Origin: Nitrososphaerota archaeon
GTDB lineage: Archaea; Thermoproteota; Nitrososphaeria; Nitrososphaerales; UBA57
DNA length: 32,000 bases
Assembly: GCA_016871995.1 (NCBI GenBank)
Contig: VHBL01000003.1
Location: 1 to 32,000 of the forward strand
Direction of reading: 5' to 3'
Part shown: one piece after another, positions 22,968 through 30,680 of the stretch
How positions within the stretch are numbered: the first letter of the stretch is position 1
Layout of the letters: every line of letters starts with the position of its first letter
The notes under the pieces: model-generated
Told to the model about the DNA's origin: nothing
The model's database searches: none
Seen by the model: only the letters and a program-made list of their open reading frames with translations
Made by a program: the position numbers and the translations under genes

Positions 22968-24014
22968 ATGCATCTTATGAAGGCGCTAATCGCGGGCGTA
23001 GTCGCAAGTGTCGCCTTTGCGTCTGCATTTTCTCCTTTCGCCCTCGGCCATGCACCGCTAGGTGCGGGAGACAACGAGGCCCTTGGCGACGCCACCCTGA
23101 TTCCCAACGCTGAGAAGTCATGGGCAGTCTATGCAGAGCTTCACGAAGCAGGGGAGGCCCAGTACTACAAGTTCGACGTGACCTCGGGCCAGAGGCTCTA
23201 TCTGATGCTCTATGCCTCCCCTGGCGATGCAGACGCCGGTTTCCTTCCACACATGGCCTTGATGGCGCCGGGAATCGACGATGAAGGTTCGCTACCCAAA
23301 TATGTCATTCTGCCGGAAGGCTACGGGTACAGGACTGTTCCAAGCAAGCGGGCCGAGAAGCCGAGCTACGAGGCCTTCGCGCCGGGCAGCTTCTACTCCC
23401 TCTCCGAGTTGCGCTTCGAGGCGGGGCAGGGCGGGACGTATTATGTGGTCGTGTTCGAAGAGAAAATGGGAGGTCGCTACGGGCTGGCCGTAGGCGAGCA
23501 GGAATCATTTACGATTGAGGAATACCTACTCATTCCGTTCAGCACGCTGAATGTCTACCTTTGGTCGGGGCAGAGCCCAATACAAGTCATCGCCCCGATG
23601 GCCGCGGTAGTTGCAATAGGGATTGTGACGCTCTATCTAGCTCAAGTAAGGACAGCTGTCACCCGTTCTGCGGGATCCGCGCTTGCATATGTCGCAGGCC
23701 TGATATTCGTGGGGAGCGCGGCCGTGAAGATCTACGTTATGCTCGTCGCCCTCAGCTGGACCGGATTGGTAGGCGATGCCATGCTAACCGTGACATTCGT
23801 CTTGGCGCCGCTCGGGATAGGAGCGTATGCCATGAAGTACAGCCTCGGCGGCAGACATCGGAGCCAGAGGGTTAAGATGGTCATCTTCGCTCTCCTTGGG
23901 TTGATATCGTGGGGAGGTTTCCTCGTCGGTCCGGCCATAGCCGTCGCTGCCGCCATAACCCCGAGTTCGGGCGGCCAGCAGCGGACCTCACTGCATCGAG
24001 AGCAGTCAGGCTGA
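22968..24014 (+). CDS. Membrane protein: signal peptide, ~210-aa exported beta domain and ~5 C-terminal TM helices
   Basis: From Met43 of the track ORF: MHLMKALIAGVVASVAFASAFSPFALG|HAPLG..., then a PPC-like segment (AQYYKFDVTSGQRLYLMLY...GGTYYVVVFE..GGRYGLAVG), then hydrophobic helices to the end. Confidence 0.7.
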   Translation: MHLMKALIAGVVASVAFASAFSPFALGHAPLGAGDNEALGDATLIPNAEKSWAVYAELHEAGEAQYYKFDVTSGQRLYLMLYASPGDADAGFLPHMALMAPGIDDEGSLPKYVILPEGYGYRTVPSKRAEKPSYEAFAPGSFYSLSELRFEAGQGGTYYVVVFEEKMGGRYGLAVGEQESFTIEEYLLIPFSTLNVYLWSGQSPIQVIAPMAAVVAIGIVTLYLAQVRTAVTRSAGSALAYVAGLIFVGSAAVKIYVMLVALSWTGLVGDAMLTVTFVLAPLGIGAYAMKYSLGGRHRSQRVKMVIFALLGLISWGGFLVGPAIAVAAAITPSSGGQQRTSLHREQSG

Positions 24015-24055
24015 ATGCTCGGTGAAAGGAAGATGTTGCGGTCGCTGACATAAGC

Positions 24056-25345
24056 ATGAAAGGAATGACGACTATTCTGGTCACGGGGGCAAACGGCTTC
24101 GTAGGTCGGAGGCTAGTCACAAAGCTGCTCTCGGACGGCAAGTACAAGGTAAGGTGCCTGATCAGGCATCCTGACGTCGGTGCTGAGCTTGGAGATGTCG
24201 AAAGGGTCGTGGGGAACGCGAACGACTACGAGAGTCTCATGCGTGCTCTGACCGGCATCGATGTGGCATTCTACCTGATTCATTCTATGGAGGGCTCATC
24301 ATCAAATTGGGAGCGGTTCGAAGAACGAGACCGAACGATGGCGCGGAACTTCGCGAAAGCCTCGACGAGCTGCGGGGTCAAGAGGATCATCTATCTCGGT
24401 GGCCTTGCATCAGGAGACGAATCGGCTCTCTCGAGGCATATGAGGAGCCGGCGGGAAGTGGGAGAGATCCTTCGGACTTCAGCCGCCGCCGTGACTATCT
24501 TTCGCGCGGCGGTGATATTGGGGGGAGGAAGCGCTTCATTCGAGATGATGTCCCAGCTTGTCGAAAGGCTGCCGTTCATGGTACTCCCGAGGTGGGTAAC
24601 GAGCAAACTCCAGCCAATCGCGATAGAGGACGTCGTGACCTATCTAGCGGAGTCGGTAGGAAACGAGCTGACATCCGGTAGGGATTTTGACATCGGCGGT
24701 CCAGACATTTTAACATACCGTCAGATGATGGAGCGCTACGCGAGCAGGACCCACAAGAGGTTCCGCCCACTGATGCTTCCGTTCCTGACGCTCAACCTCT
24801 CATCCTACTGGGTCGACCTGGTCACGGACGTCAACGCGTCACTTGCAAGGCCGTTGGTGGAGAGCCTCAGCAAGGACGCGGTGGTAGCAGATGATTCGAT
24901 AAAGCGCGTAATGCCCTTCAGGCTCGCATCCTACGAGGAATCAATAGACGCCGCCCTGCGCGAAAGGAAGCCGAGGGAGAACTCCAGAAAGTCGAGGGAC
25001 ATCACTCCGCTCTTGCTCGTCCTGGCCGCCTTGGGCTTGACGACGCTCGTAGCCGGTTCGCTTCCTGAACTGCTCGGTTCACTGTGGACCGGGCTGGTAT
25101 TGCTTTGGCTCGTCGGCATTGGATATTCGCTCTTCTTCTTGCGTTTCGGAGCCCGGATGGGAGCACTTTCGGCTGGAGTCGTCGCCTGGCTCGCGCTAGC
25201 TTTCTGGATGCTCGACGCGGCGGTGGCGGTTCAGATGGCCGTTTCAGAATCAGGTTCGGCCATCGCGAGGGACATCGTCGGAATCGTCCTGGCAGCGGCA
25301 ACTGTGCTTCTGTCCCACTTTAGCTTTCATGAGAGAAGGGAGTGA
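24056..25345 (+). CDS. NAD(P)-binding atypical SDR/NmrA-like domain fused to a ~4-TM C-terminal domain
   Basis: ILVTGANGFVGRRLVTKLL (GxxGxxG Rossmann) plus an epimerase-like body. The last ~110 aa are hydrophobic (LLLVLAALGLTTLVAG..., VLLWLVGIGYSLFFL...). Confidence 0.85.
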   Translation: MKGMTTILVTGANGFVGRRLVTKLLSDGKYKVRCLIRHPDVGAELGDVERVVGNANDYESLMRALTGIDVAFYLIHSMEGSSSNWERFEERDRTMARNFAKASTSCGVKRIIYLGGLASGDESALSRHMRSRREVGEILRTSAAAVTIFRAAVILGGGSASFEMMSQLVERLPFMVLPRWVTSKLQPIAIEDVVTYLAESVGNELTSGRDFDIGGPDILTYRQMMERYASRTHKRFRPLMLPFLTLNLSSYWVDLVTDVNASLARPLVESLSKDAVVADDSIKRVMPFRLASYEESIDAALRERKPRENSRKSRDITPLLLVLAALGLTTLVAGSLPELLGSLWTGLVLLWLVGIGYSLFFLRFGARMGALSAGVVAWLALAFWMLDAAVAVQMAVSESGSAIARDIVGIVLAAATVLLSHFSFHERRE

Positions 25346-25510
25346 GGTCTTGCCATGGGCGGGTTGCCGGGGTTCGGTCAGGGTGCGAAATCCTGTATCT
25401 GTCGAGCACAGAGTTGTTGACTGATCGGAAGAATAGTTGGCTACTGCAAACCTCGTCCCGACGTCTGAAAGGGCACCTGTTATAGCCGTCTGGGAGATTC
25501 AAGATGGCCA

Positions 25511-25699
25511 TTAAAACGGAGCGAAGATTCCCACGAAGGCAATATAGGGGAGCATCGTCTTGGCAACGATGCTGAGGATGATGTAATATCTCTTGACGTA
25601 CAGATAATCCCTCCGGCGGCCGACTCCCCCGTCTTGCAGTACCGTGTTCACAGCGAATTTGTTGAAGAGGACCAAGTAATCGATAAAGTCCTCGAGGGG
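25511..25699 (-). pseudogene. Possible 3' remnant of a truncated membrane-protein gene in the island's right arm
   Basis: My translation of an open frame with no plausible start: PLEDFIDYLVLFNKFAVNTVLQDGGVGRRRDYLYVKRYYIILSIVAKTMLPYIAFVGIFAPF*. It is preceded directly by a TAA. It looks more protein-like than the 129-aa track ORF in the same region. Confidence 0.25.
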
Positions 25700-25783
25700 T
25701 TAGTTCCAAACTGAGAGGTCAATTCTCAAGGCTTTAGGAATGTCTGAAGGATAAAAAAATAAGTTTACATTTGTCTAAACTTA

Positions 25784-25800
25784 ATTCATAATAACCTTTC
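25784..25800. repeat. Right copy of the perfect 17-bp direct repeat (attcataataacctttc); candidate attR
   Basis: Identical to 19302-19318. cataataa lies ~25-33 nt upstream of the ATG at 25820, and ggaggg lies 3 nt upstream of it. Confidence 0.7.
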
Positions 25801-25819
25801 CTACTGCACTGGAGGGAGA

Positions 25820-26632
25820 ATGTCAGAATACAGAAGCACTATTGAAAAAGCATTCAGGAAACTCTATGCAGAGTTTTCAAGTGTCAGAAGCGATTCTAAA
25901 ATTGCCAGTATTGTTGGAAGGGGTGCATCTGGAGACATAACGCATGTAATAGACGCCATGGCTGAAAAGATACTCATCGAATCCTTCAGAAAAGAAATGC
26001 CTGATTGTACAATAGTTTCCGAAGAAATCGGCATCGTCAAAGGAAAGAACGATGCTCCAATTGTACTGATGGATCCAATAGATGGTAGCACCAACGCCGT
26101 TAGGGGCCTTCCCGTATTCTGCGCTACCGCAGGAATTCTTGAAGATAGAAGTTTCGGTAGCATGGAGGCTTCTGGCACAATCGACCTTGTCACCGGCGAA
26201 GTTATTGTCGGAGATGAAGATGGTACGTATGTAAATGGAACAAAGGCAACTCTTAGCAAAGTTTCCAGACTGCAGGATGCCATAGTTTCGTACGAAGTCA
26301 AGGTCAGAGTCGAGAGACCGAAAAAGATGATCAGCAAGATGTACGAGCTCATCACCAAGACAAAGTATCCCCGGGTTCTTGGCTCTGCAGCCTTGGAGAT
26401 TGCTTATGTTGCAATAGGGAGGATGGATGCATATGTCGCACCGGGGAACCAGCTCAGAAGCTACGACTGCCTTCCATCGATATTCTTGGTAAAGTCTGCA
26501 GGCGGCTTCGTTGAAGGGATTGGCCAAAACACTGATTCCGTAGATGTCATGTCAAGGGAGAGAGTTTCTTTTGTCGTTGCAGGAAACAGGACTCTCGGGA
26601 AGATTCTCGCTAAAGAGTTTTCATCGCTATAG
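25820..26632 (+). CDS. suhB: Inositol monophosphatase/FBPase-family phosphatase
   Basis: IVSEEIG (metal-binding EE), LMDPIDGSTNA (DPIDGT motif) and the C-terminal ...YDCLPSIFLVKSAGG (WD.AAG-like) block. Confidence 0.88.
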   Translation: MSEYRSTIEKAFRKLYAEFSSVRSDSKIASIVGRGASGDITHVIDAMAEKILIESFRKEMPDCTIVSEEIGIVKGKNDAPIVLMDPIDGSTNAVRGLPVFCATAGILEDRSFGSMEASGTIDLVTGEVIVGDEDGTYVNGTKATLSKVSRLQDAIVSYEVKVRVERPKKMISKMYELITKTKYPRVLGSAALEIAYVAIGRMDAYVAPGNQLRSYDCLPSIFLVKSAGGFVEGIGQNTDSVDVMSRERVSFVVAGNRTLGKILAKEFSSL

Positions 26633-26663
26633 GGGAAGGTTAATTGCGTAGTCCGATTTCTCC

Positions 26664-27122
26664 GTGCTAAAAGGGAACTCTATGGAAGAGCGCTCAGCAG
26701 GTGCGGTGCTGTTCAGGAGGGAGAATGGGGCAGAGATGTTTCTGCTTTTGCATTACCCTGCTGGACACTGGGACTATCCAAAGGGGAACATAGAGAGGGG
26801 AGAGCAGGAACTGGAAACTGTGCGCAGGGAGATCAAGGAAGAAACAGGGATTGAAGATATCGTCATAATCGATGGCTTCAAGAAAGTCATTGAATACAAC
26901 TACAAGAGGGATTCTGCCTTTGTCCACAAGAAAGTTTCCTATTATGTTGCTGAATGCAAGACTTCCAGTGTGACGATATCTTTTGAGCACAAAGGGTATC
27001 AGTGGCTTGGCTACGATGCAGCTATGAAGAGGCTTACCTTCAAAAATGCTAGGATCGTCTTACAGGCAGCCTACGAGTTCCTCAAGAAATCGGAACCCAA
27101 GACTCTCGACAGATACGTCTAG
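26664..27122 (+). CDS. Nudix hydrolase, Ap4A-hydrolase-like (GTG 26664 in the track; ATG 26682 is likely)
   Basis: SAGAVLFRR...FLLLHYPAGHWDYPKGNIERGEQELETVRREIKEETGI (Nudix box). Confidence 0.88.
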   Translation: MLKGNSMEERSAGAVLFRRENGAEMFLLLHYPAGHWDYPKGNIERGEQELETVRREIKEETGIEDIVIIDGFKKVIEYNYKRDSAFVHKKVSYYVAECKTSSVTISFEHKGYQWLGYDAAMKRLTFKNARIVLQAAYEFLKKSEPKTLDRYV

Positions 27123-27825
27123 CAGCTTCTCTAGGGTCTTCTGCTTCTATTATCGTTCTTCCGACGATCAGGAAATCGCTGCCGGCTTTGATAGACTTCT
27201 TTGCGTCCCCTCCCTGAGCACCTATACCAGGAGAGAAGATCAAGATCTTCTTTGGCAGCATCTTTCTGACTCCTGCTATCTTCTCTGGAGAGGTTGCTCC
27301 AACGACGACTCCGGCAGCCTTCCATGCTATTGCCCTTGCTACGAACACCTCGAAGACTCTCCTTTTTGAGCTTAATGTCAAGCCGTAGCCGTCTTTGGCT
27401 GCTGGATGGCTCATGTATGTTAGCAGGATTATCCCATTACTAGTTTTCTTTGCAACTTTGAACGCAGCATCAAGTGCTCCGTCATAGCCGACGAAGGGGT
27501 TCGCTATTACCGCATCGAAACCCGCATCAAAAAGAATCTTCACTGCTGCTTCGTTGGTGCTCCCTATGTCGTTCAGCTTGATGTCCGCTATAGTCTGGAG
27601 ATCTCTATTATGAGCAGCTTTGTTGATCTTTGATATGTCGTCTGAGCTGAGCGGAAGCAAGAGGTGGAAGTTCACCTTTACTGCGGATATGTAGGGTACA
27701 GTTTTTTCTATCAAATCTATTGCATGCTTTTGCAGATGGCTCTGGTCAGCGATGTCAAGTGCCAATACAATTCTGCTGTAATGTTTCTCTGCTGATCCAA
27801 GTATTCTGCTTGAAAAATCACTCAA
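27082..27825 (-). CDS. pyrF: Orotidine 5'-phosphate decarboxylase
   Basis: RIVLALDI, KVNFHLL, ADIKLNDIGSTN (D-x-K-x-x-D), IFSPGIGAQGG, LIVGRTI. Confidence 0.9.
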   Translation of the reverse strand: MSDFSSRILGSAEKHYSRIVLALDIADQSHLQKHAIDLIEKTVPYISAVKVNFHLLLPLSSDDISKINKAAHNRDLQTIADIKLNDIGSTNEAAVKILFDAGFDAVIANPFVGYDGALDAAFKVAKKTSNGIILLTYMSHPAAKDGYGLTLSSKRRVFEVFVARAIAWKAAGVVVGATSPEKIAGVRKMLPKKILIFSPGIGAQGGDAKKSIKAGSDFLIVGRTIIEAEDPREAARRICRESWVPIS

Positions 27826-27827
27826 TT

Positions 27828-28514
27828 CTACAAATCTACCATCGGATGCTTGTTTGCCAGCTTGATGACCTTGATGAATGCGTAGCCGTGTTCCTCTATT
27901 TTGTTAGTGAATGAAGTTCCGTCCGTCTTCTGCATGGAATATTTCAGGAAACTCTCTGGAGCTGCATCCAGCCTGACGAAGAAGAATAGCGATGCTTCTT
28001 CATAGTCATCAATTCTTGCAAATGCACCTGCAACCCATTTTTTGTTCGTCTCGAACGCGTATAGCGGTATGGGAGGCTCCTCGAATATCATTTTGTACGA
28101 GCTGATCTTTGCAAGGCTTGGGAGGTCTGAAACTTCCATCGAGAGAAACTTGTCCTTGATTTCTTGCCCAGAATAAAGTGCTTTCTCAAAAGGTGCTGGC
28201 ATCTTCTTGATGGCTATGATCGGGGCATATACGAAGGTCGGGTTATTGGCAGAATCTGTCAGGAGAGCTTCTTCAGTGCCGTAAAGGTTTCTGTATCCAA
28301 GATGGGCTTTTCTTTCCTTGCTCTTTGTGTAATAGAATATGGGCCTGCCCATGAAGAGGTCAAATTGTACTGATAAGACGATCTCTCTTTCTGATTCTAT
28401 CGCAAAGACTGGTAATGGCGCTCTCTCTATTGCACAAGCAAGCCTAGCAAGGTCTTTGATGCCTGCAAGCTCCACAAAGCACGGAGGCTTGGTCTCTTTA
28501 TCTGGCTTTGACAC
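27828..28514 (-). CDS. Hypothetical protein (228 aa), 2 nt upstream of and co-oriented with pyrF
   Basis: Long ORF with host-like composition and tight packing. I recognise no motif. Confidence 0.6.
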   Translation of the reverse strand: MSKPDKETKPPCFVELAGIKDLARLACAIERAPLPVFAIESEREIVLSVQFDLFMGRPIFYYTKSKERKAHLGYRNLYGTEEALLTDSANNPTFVYAPIIAIKKMPAPFEKALYSGQEIKDKFLSMEVSDLPSLAKISSYKMIFEEPPIPLYAFETNKKWVAGAFARIDDYEEASLFFFVRLDAAPESFLKYSMQKTDGTSFTNKIEEHGYAFIKVIKLANKHPMVDL

Positions 28515-28625
28515 GAGCTAAGTTCTCTTACTGCTCGTTAAATAAGTTTGGGAATACAGCAGTTTGTTATAAAATAGAAAAGTTGAAGGTTCAGAAAAGT
28601 GGCATAGAGTTAACTATGTGATAAA

Positions 28626-30125
28626 TTGCTCGGGGAAAGAATAATGATCCCAGCACAAAATCAGAAGATGGATCGCTCGGCATGGATGACGCTTTCCGTC
28701 CTAAGTTGCTTGGGGCTGGTAACTTTGTACGGCGAAACGATGGTGCTGCCAGCGATACCTGATTTTATTAGTGACTTCAATATTACATACAATACATCGT
28801 CTTGGATACTCACTGCGTTCCTGATAGCAGGAGCAGTCATGACTCCTATTGCTGGCAAGCTGTCAGACATCTACGGCAAGAAGAGAGTCTTGCTTACAGT
28901 GTTGGCCATCTATTCTGGAGGGTTATTGATAGCAGGGTTTGCTAACAGCATAGAGATCATGATCGCTGCAAGGGTTGCGCAAGGTGTAGGTTTCTCCATG
29001 TTTCCAATAGCCTTCGGAATCGTCAGGGAAGTTCTTCCTATACAGAAACTTGCAATGGGCCAGACGATCTTCGGCTCAACATTTTCTGGCGGGGCTGTAG
29101 TAGGTCTTCTCGTAGGAGGAATCATAATTCAGAACTATGGATGGCACTTTACTTTCTTCTCAGTCTTTCCCGTTGCCGTAATAATTGGGCTTTTGATCCT
29201 TAAACTCGTTCGCACTAGTCCGCCAGTCTTTAACATGCCGGGAAAAGTAGAGGGGAACCCGAACAAGTCGCTCGATCTTAAAGGAACAGTTGCATTGGCT
29301 TCTACAGTCACATTCTTTCTAGCAGGGATTTCCGTTTTGGAGGGCAGCATCTCTGAATCGGTTATAGGTCTTGACATAATCGGACTATTTGCAGTCGCAG
29401 TGATTTCGTTGGGGCTGTTCATGGTCATTGAAAAGAAAACGTCCGTACCTTTGATTGATTTTAAGTTGATAACTCACAGAATGCTCCTTCCTACCACTAT
29501 AATACTGATGCTCGTAGGTCTCTGCACCTTCATGGTCTACCAGACGATACCGATTCTGATAAGGAGCCCGAAGCCATTTGGGTTTGGAGGTGATGCGATC
29601 GTCACTGCCGGCGTGCAGCTTCCATTCATGATAGTTCTCCTAATTGGAACAATAGGGTCAGGTCTTGTACTAAACAGACTTGGCAATCTAAGATTAACGG
29701 TAGTAGGAACTTCCTTGAGCATGATAGGATTCTTCAGCCTGCTTGTATTCCATCAATCAGAATTGATGGTTACCATAACTCTGTCCATAATAGCTGCAGG
29801 ATTGTCACTCGCCTTTACTGGCGGCTTCAACATAGTGCTGGTATCTGCACCAGTACAATCAACTGGGATAGCTCTTGGCATGACCCTGCTTCTTAACTTG
29901 ATAGGGCAGTCCGTTGGACCAACGGTAGCAGCAATCTTTCAGCAAACCTATCAAGGGAGCATAGAGGGAGTTGGCAGATTTCCTACAGCCGAGGCGTATA
30001 ACATGATATTCCTTACAGCTGCTATAATTTCACTTACATCAGTTGTCCTTGCATTGACATTAAGCAGAAGGAAAGTTGCTCCAATTCCTGCTGGTAGTGG
30101 TCACACAATGCCTACAAGTTCCTAG
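28626..30125 (+). CDS. Major facilitator superfamily transporter, 14-TM DHA2/EmrB-like (likely start ATG 28640)
   Basis: GKLSDIYGKKRVLL (MFS motif A region), ARVAQGVG, and about 14 hydrophobic segments. Confidence 0.9.
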   Translation: MLGERIMIPAQNQKMDRSAWMTLSVLSCLGLVTLYGETMVLPAIPDFISDFNITYNTSSWILTAFLIAGAVMTPIAGKLSDIYGKKRVLLTVLAIYSGGLLIAGFANSIEIMIAARVAQGVGFSMFPIAFGIVREVLPIQKLAMGQTIFGSTFSGGAVVGLLVGGIIIQNYGWHFTFFSVFPVAVIIGLLILKLVRTSPPVFNMPGKVEGNPNKSLDLKGTVALASTVTFFLAGISVLEGSISESVIGLDIIGLFAVAVISLGLFMVIEKKTSVPLIDFKLITHRMLLPTTIILMLVGLCTFMVYQTIPILIRSPKPFGFGGDAIVTAGVQLPFMIVLLIGTIGSGLVLNRLGNLRLTVVGTSLSMIGFFSLLVFHQSELMVTITLSIIAAGLSLAFTGGFNIVLVSAPVQSTGIALGMTLLLNLIGQSVGPTVAAIFQQTYQGSIEGVGRFPTAEAYNMIFLTAAIISLTSVVLALTLSRRKVAPIPAGSGHTMPTSS

Positions 30126-30127
30126 TG

Positions 30128-30400
30128 CTACTCTTCGTCTTCTTCCTCTTCGATCTTAACAGACAGCACCTTGATGGTATCTCCGTCTACGGAAATTCTA
30201 TGGTCTTCCCTGCTCTTGTTTACATGAAGGAACCTCTTCAGATAAGTCTTGACATCAGATTTCCTGACCTCTCCTTCAACCGAAACCTTATCGTCCGATG
30301 CAGAGGATTTTATCCCAGCCTTTTCTTCGAGAAACTTCACTAGGTCTGCTGACTTGTCCTTGAGGTCGCCGAGCTGTATCTCCATGGCTTTATTCGCCAT
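30128..30400 (-). CDS. Small (90 aa) Lys-rich protein with an acidic EEEEDEE tail; architecture resembles ribosomal protein eL22
   Basis: LVKFLEEKAGIK...VSVEGE...VKTYLKRFLHVNKSREDHRISVDGDTIKVLSVKIEEEEDEE compared from memory with human eL22 FEQFLQERIKVNGK...VTIER...[26 protein letters not shown]...[19 protein letters not shown]. Confidence 0.55.
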   Translation of the reverse strand: MANKAMEIQLGDLKDKSADLVKFLEEKAGIKSSASDDKVSVEGEVRKSDVKTYLKRFLHVNKSREDHRISVDGDTIKVLSVKIEEEEDEE

Positions 30401-30680
30401 AGTTTTCGCATTATAACCATTTCCTAGCTTAAAGTAGTATACTCTACCAACCGGGATAATTGTGTTGCAACAACGTATAAGATGTATGAGGGATGGTCAC
30501 TTTTTCACACGTAGGATATATTTTGTTAGTAATTTTTGAGTTCAAGTAGGTAGGGGGCTCATTATACAAGCAAGCTTTTCAGCAGATTAGTCAATAGCAA
30601 TGACCTAAAAATATTTTACAAAAGAGCTGTAATAAAAACAGCCGAACAGTTGATAAGTCTCCTAGTACTATTATCAGGTA

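Larger units (their letters stand above)
19302..25800. mobile_element. About 6.5-kb horizontally acquired, GC-rich integrated island with no recognisable integrase, inserted in the ino1/IMPase divergent promoter
   Basis: 17-bp direct repeats at both ends. There is an abrupt composition shift: sample 60-nt lines at 20401 and 23401 are 68 % and 62 % GC, against 42 % and 52 % in the flanking-genome lines at 9001 and 28801. GC-rich codon third positions, decayed genes, and interruption of a functionally linked gene pair. Confidence 0.6.

Noticed and set aside
22829-25301. Alternative-frame ORFs within the 390-aa and 429-aa island genes (for example 22975-23250, 23281-23493, 23561-23875, 24307-24681 and 25002-25301)
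   Set aside because: Same GC-driven artefact. All are Arg-rich and overlap coherent membrane or Rossmann proteins.
25320-25709. 129-aa minus-strand ORF in the island's right arm
   Set aside because: It is Arg/Cys/Pro/His-rich with no domain-like pattern. A different frame gives a more protein-like but start-less fragment, reported separately at low confidence.
19302-25800. The GC-rich block as a metagenomic assembly chimera rather than a true insertion
   Set aside because: I considered this seriously. A chimera needs two independent mis-joins, and at 17 bp the junction repeats are shorter than commonly used assembly k-mers. The palindrome and 11-mer architecture, and the clean restoration of a functional gene pair, favour a biological insertion. 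It cannot be excluded without reads.
25864-26527. 164-aa and 216-aa minus-strand ORFs inside the IMPase-family gene
   Set aside because: These are shadow frames. The plus-strand frame carries the DPIDGS and EE metal motifs.
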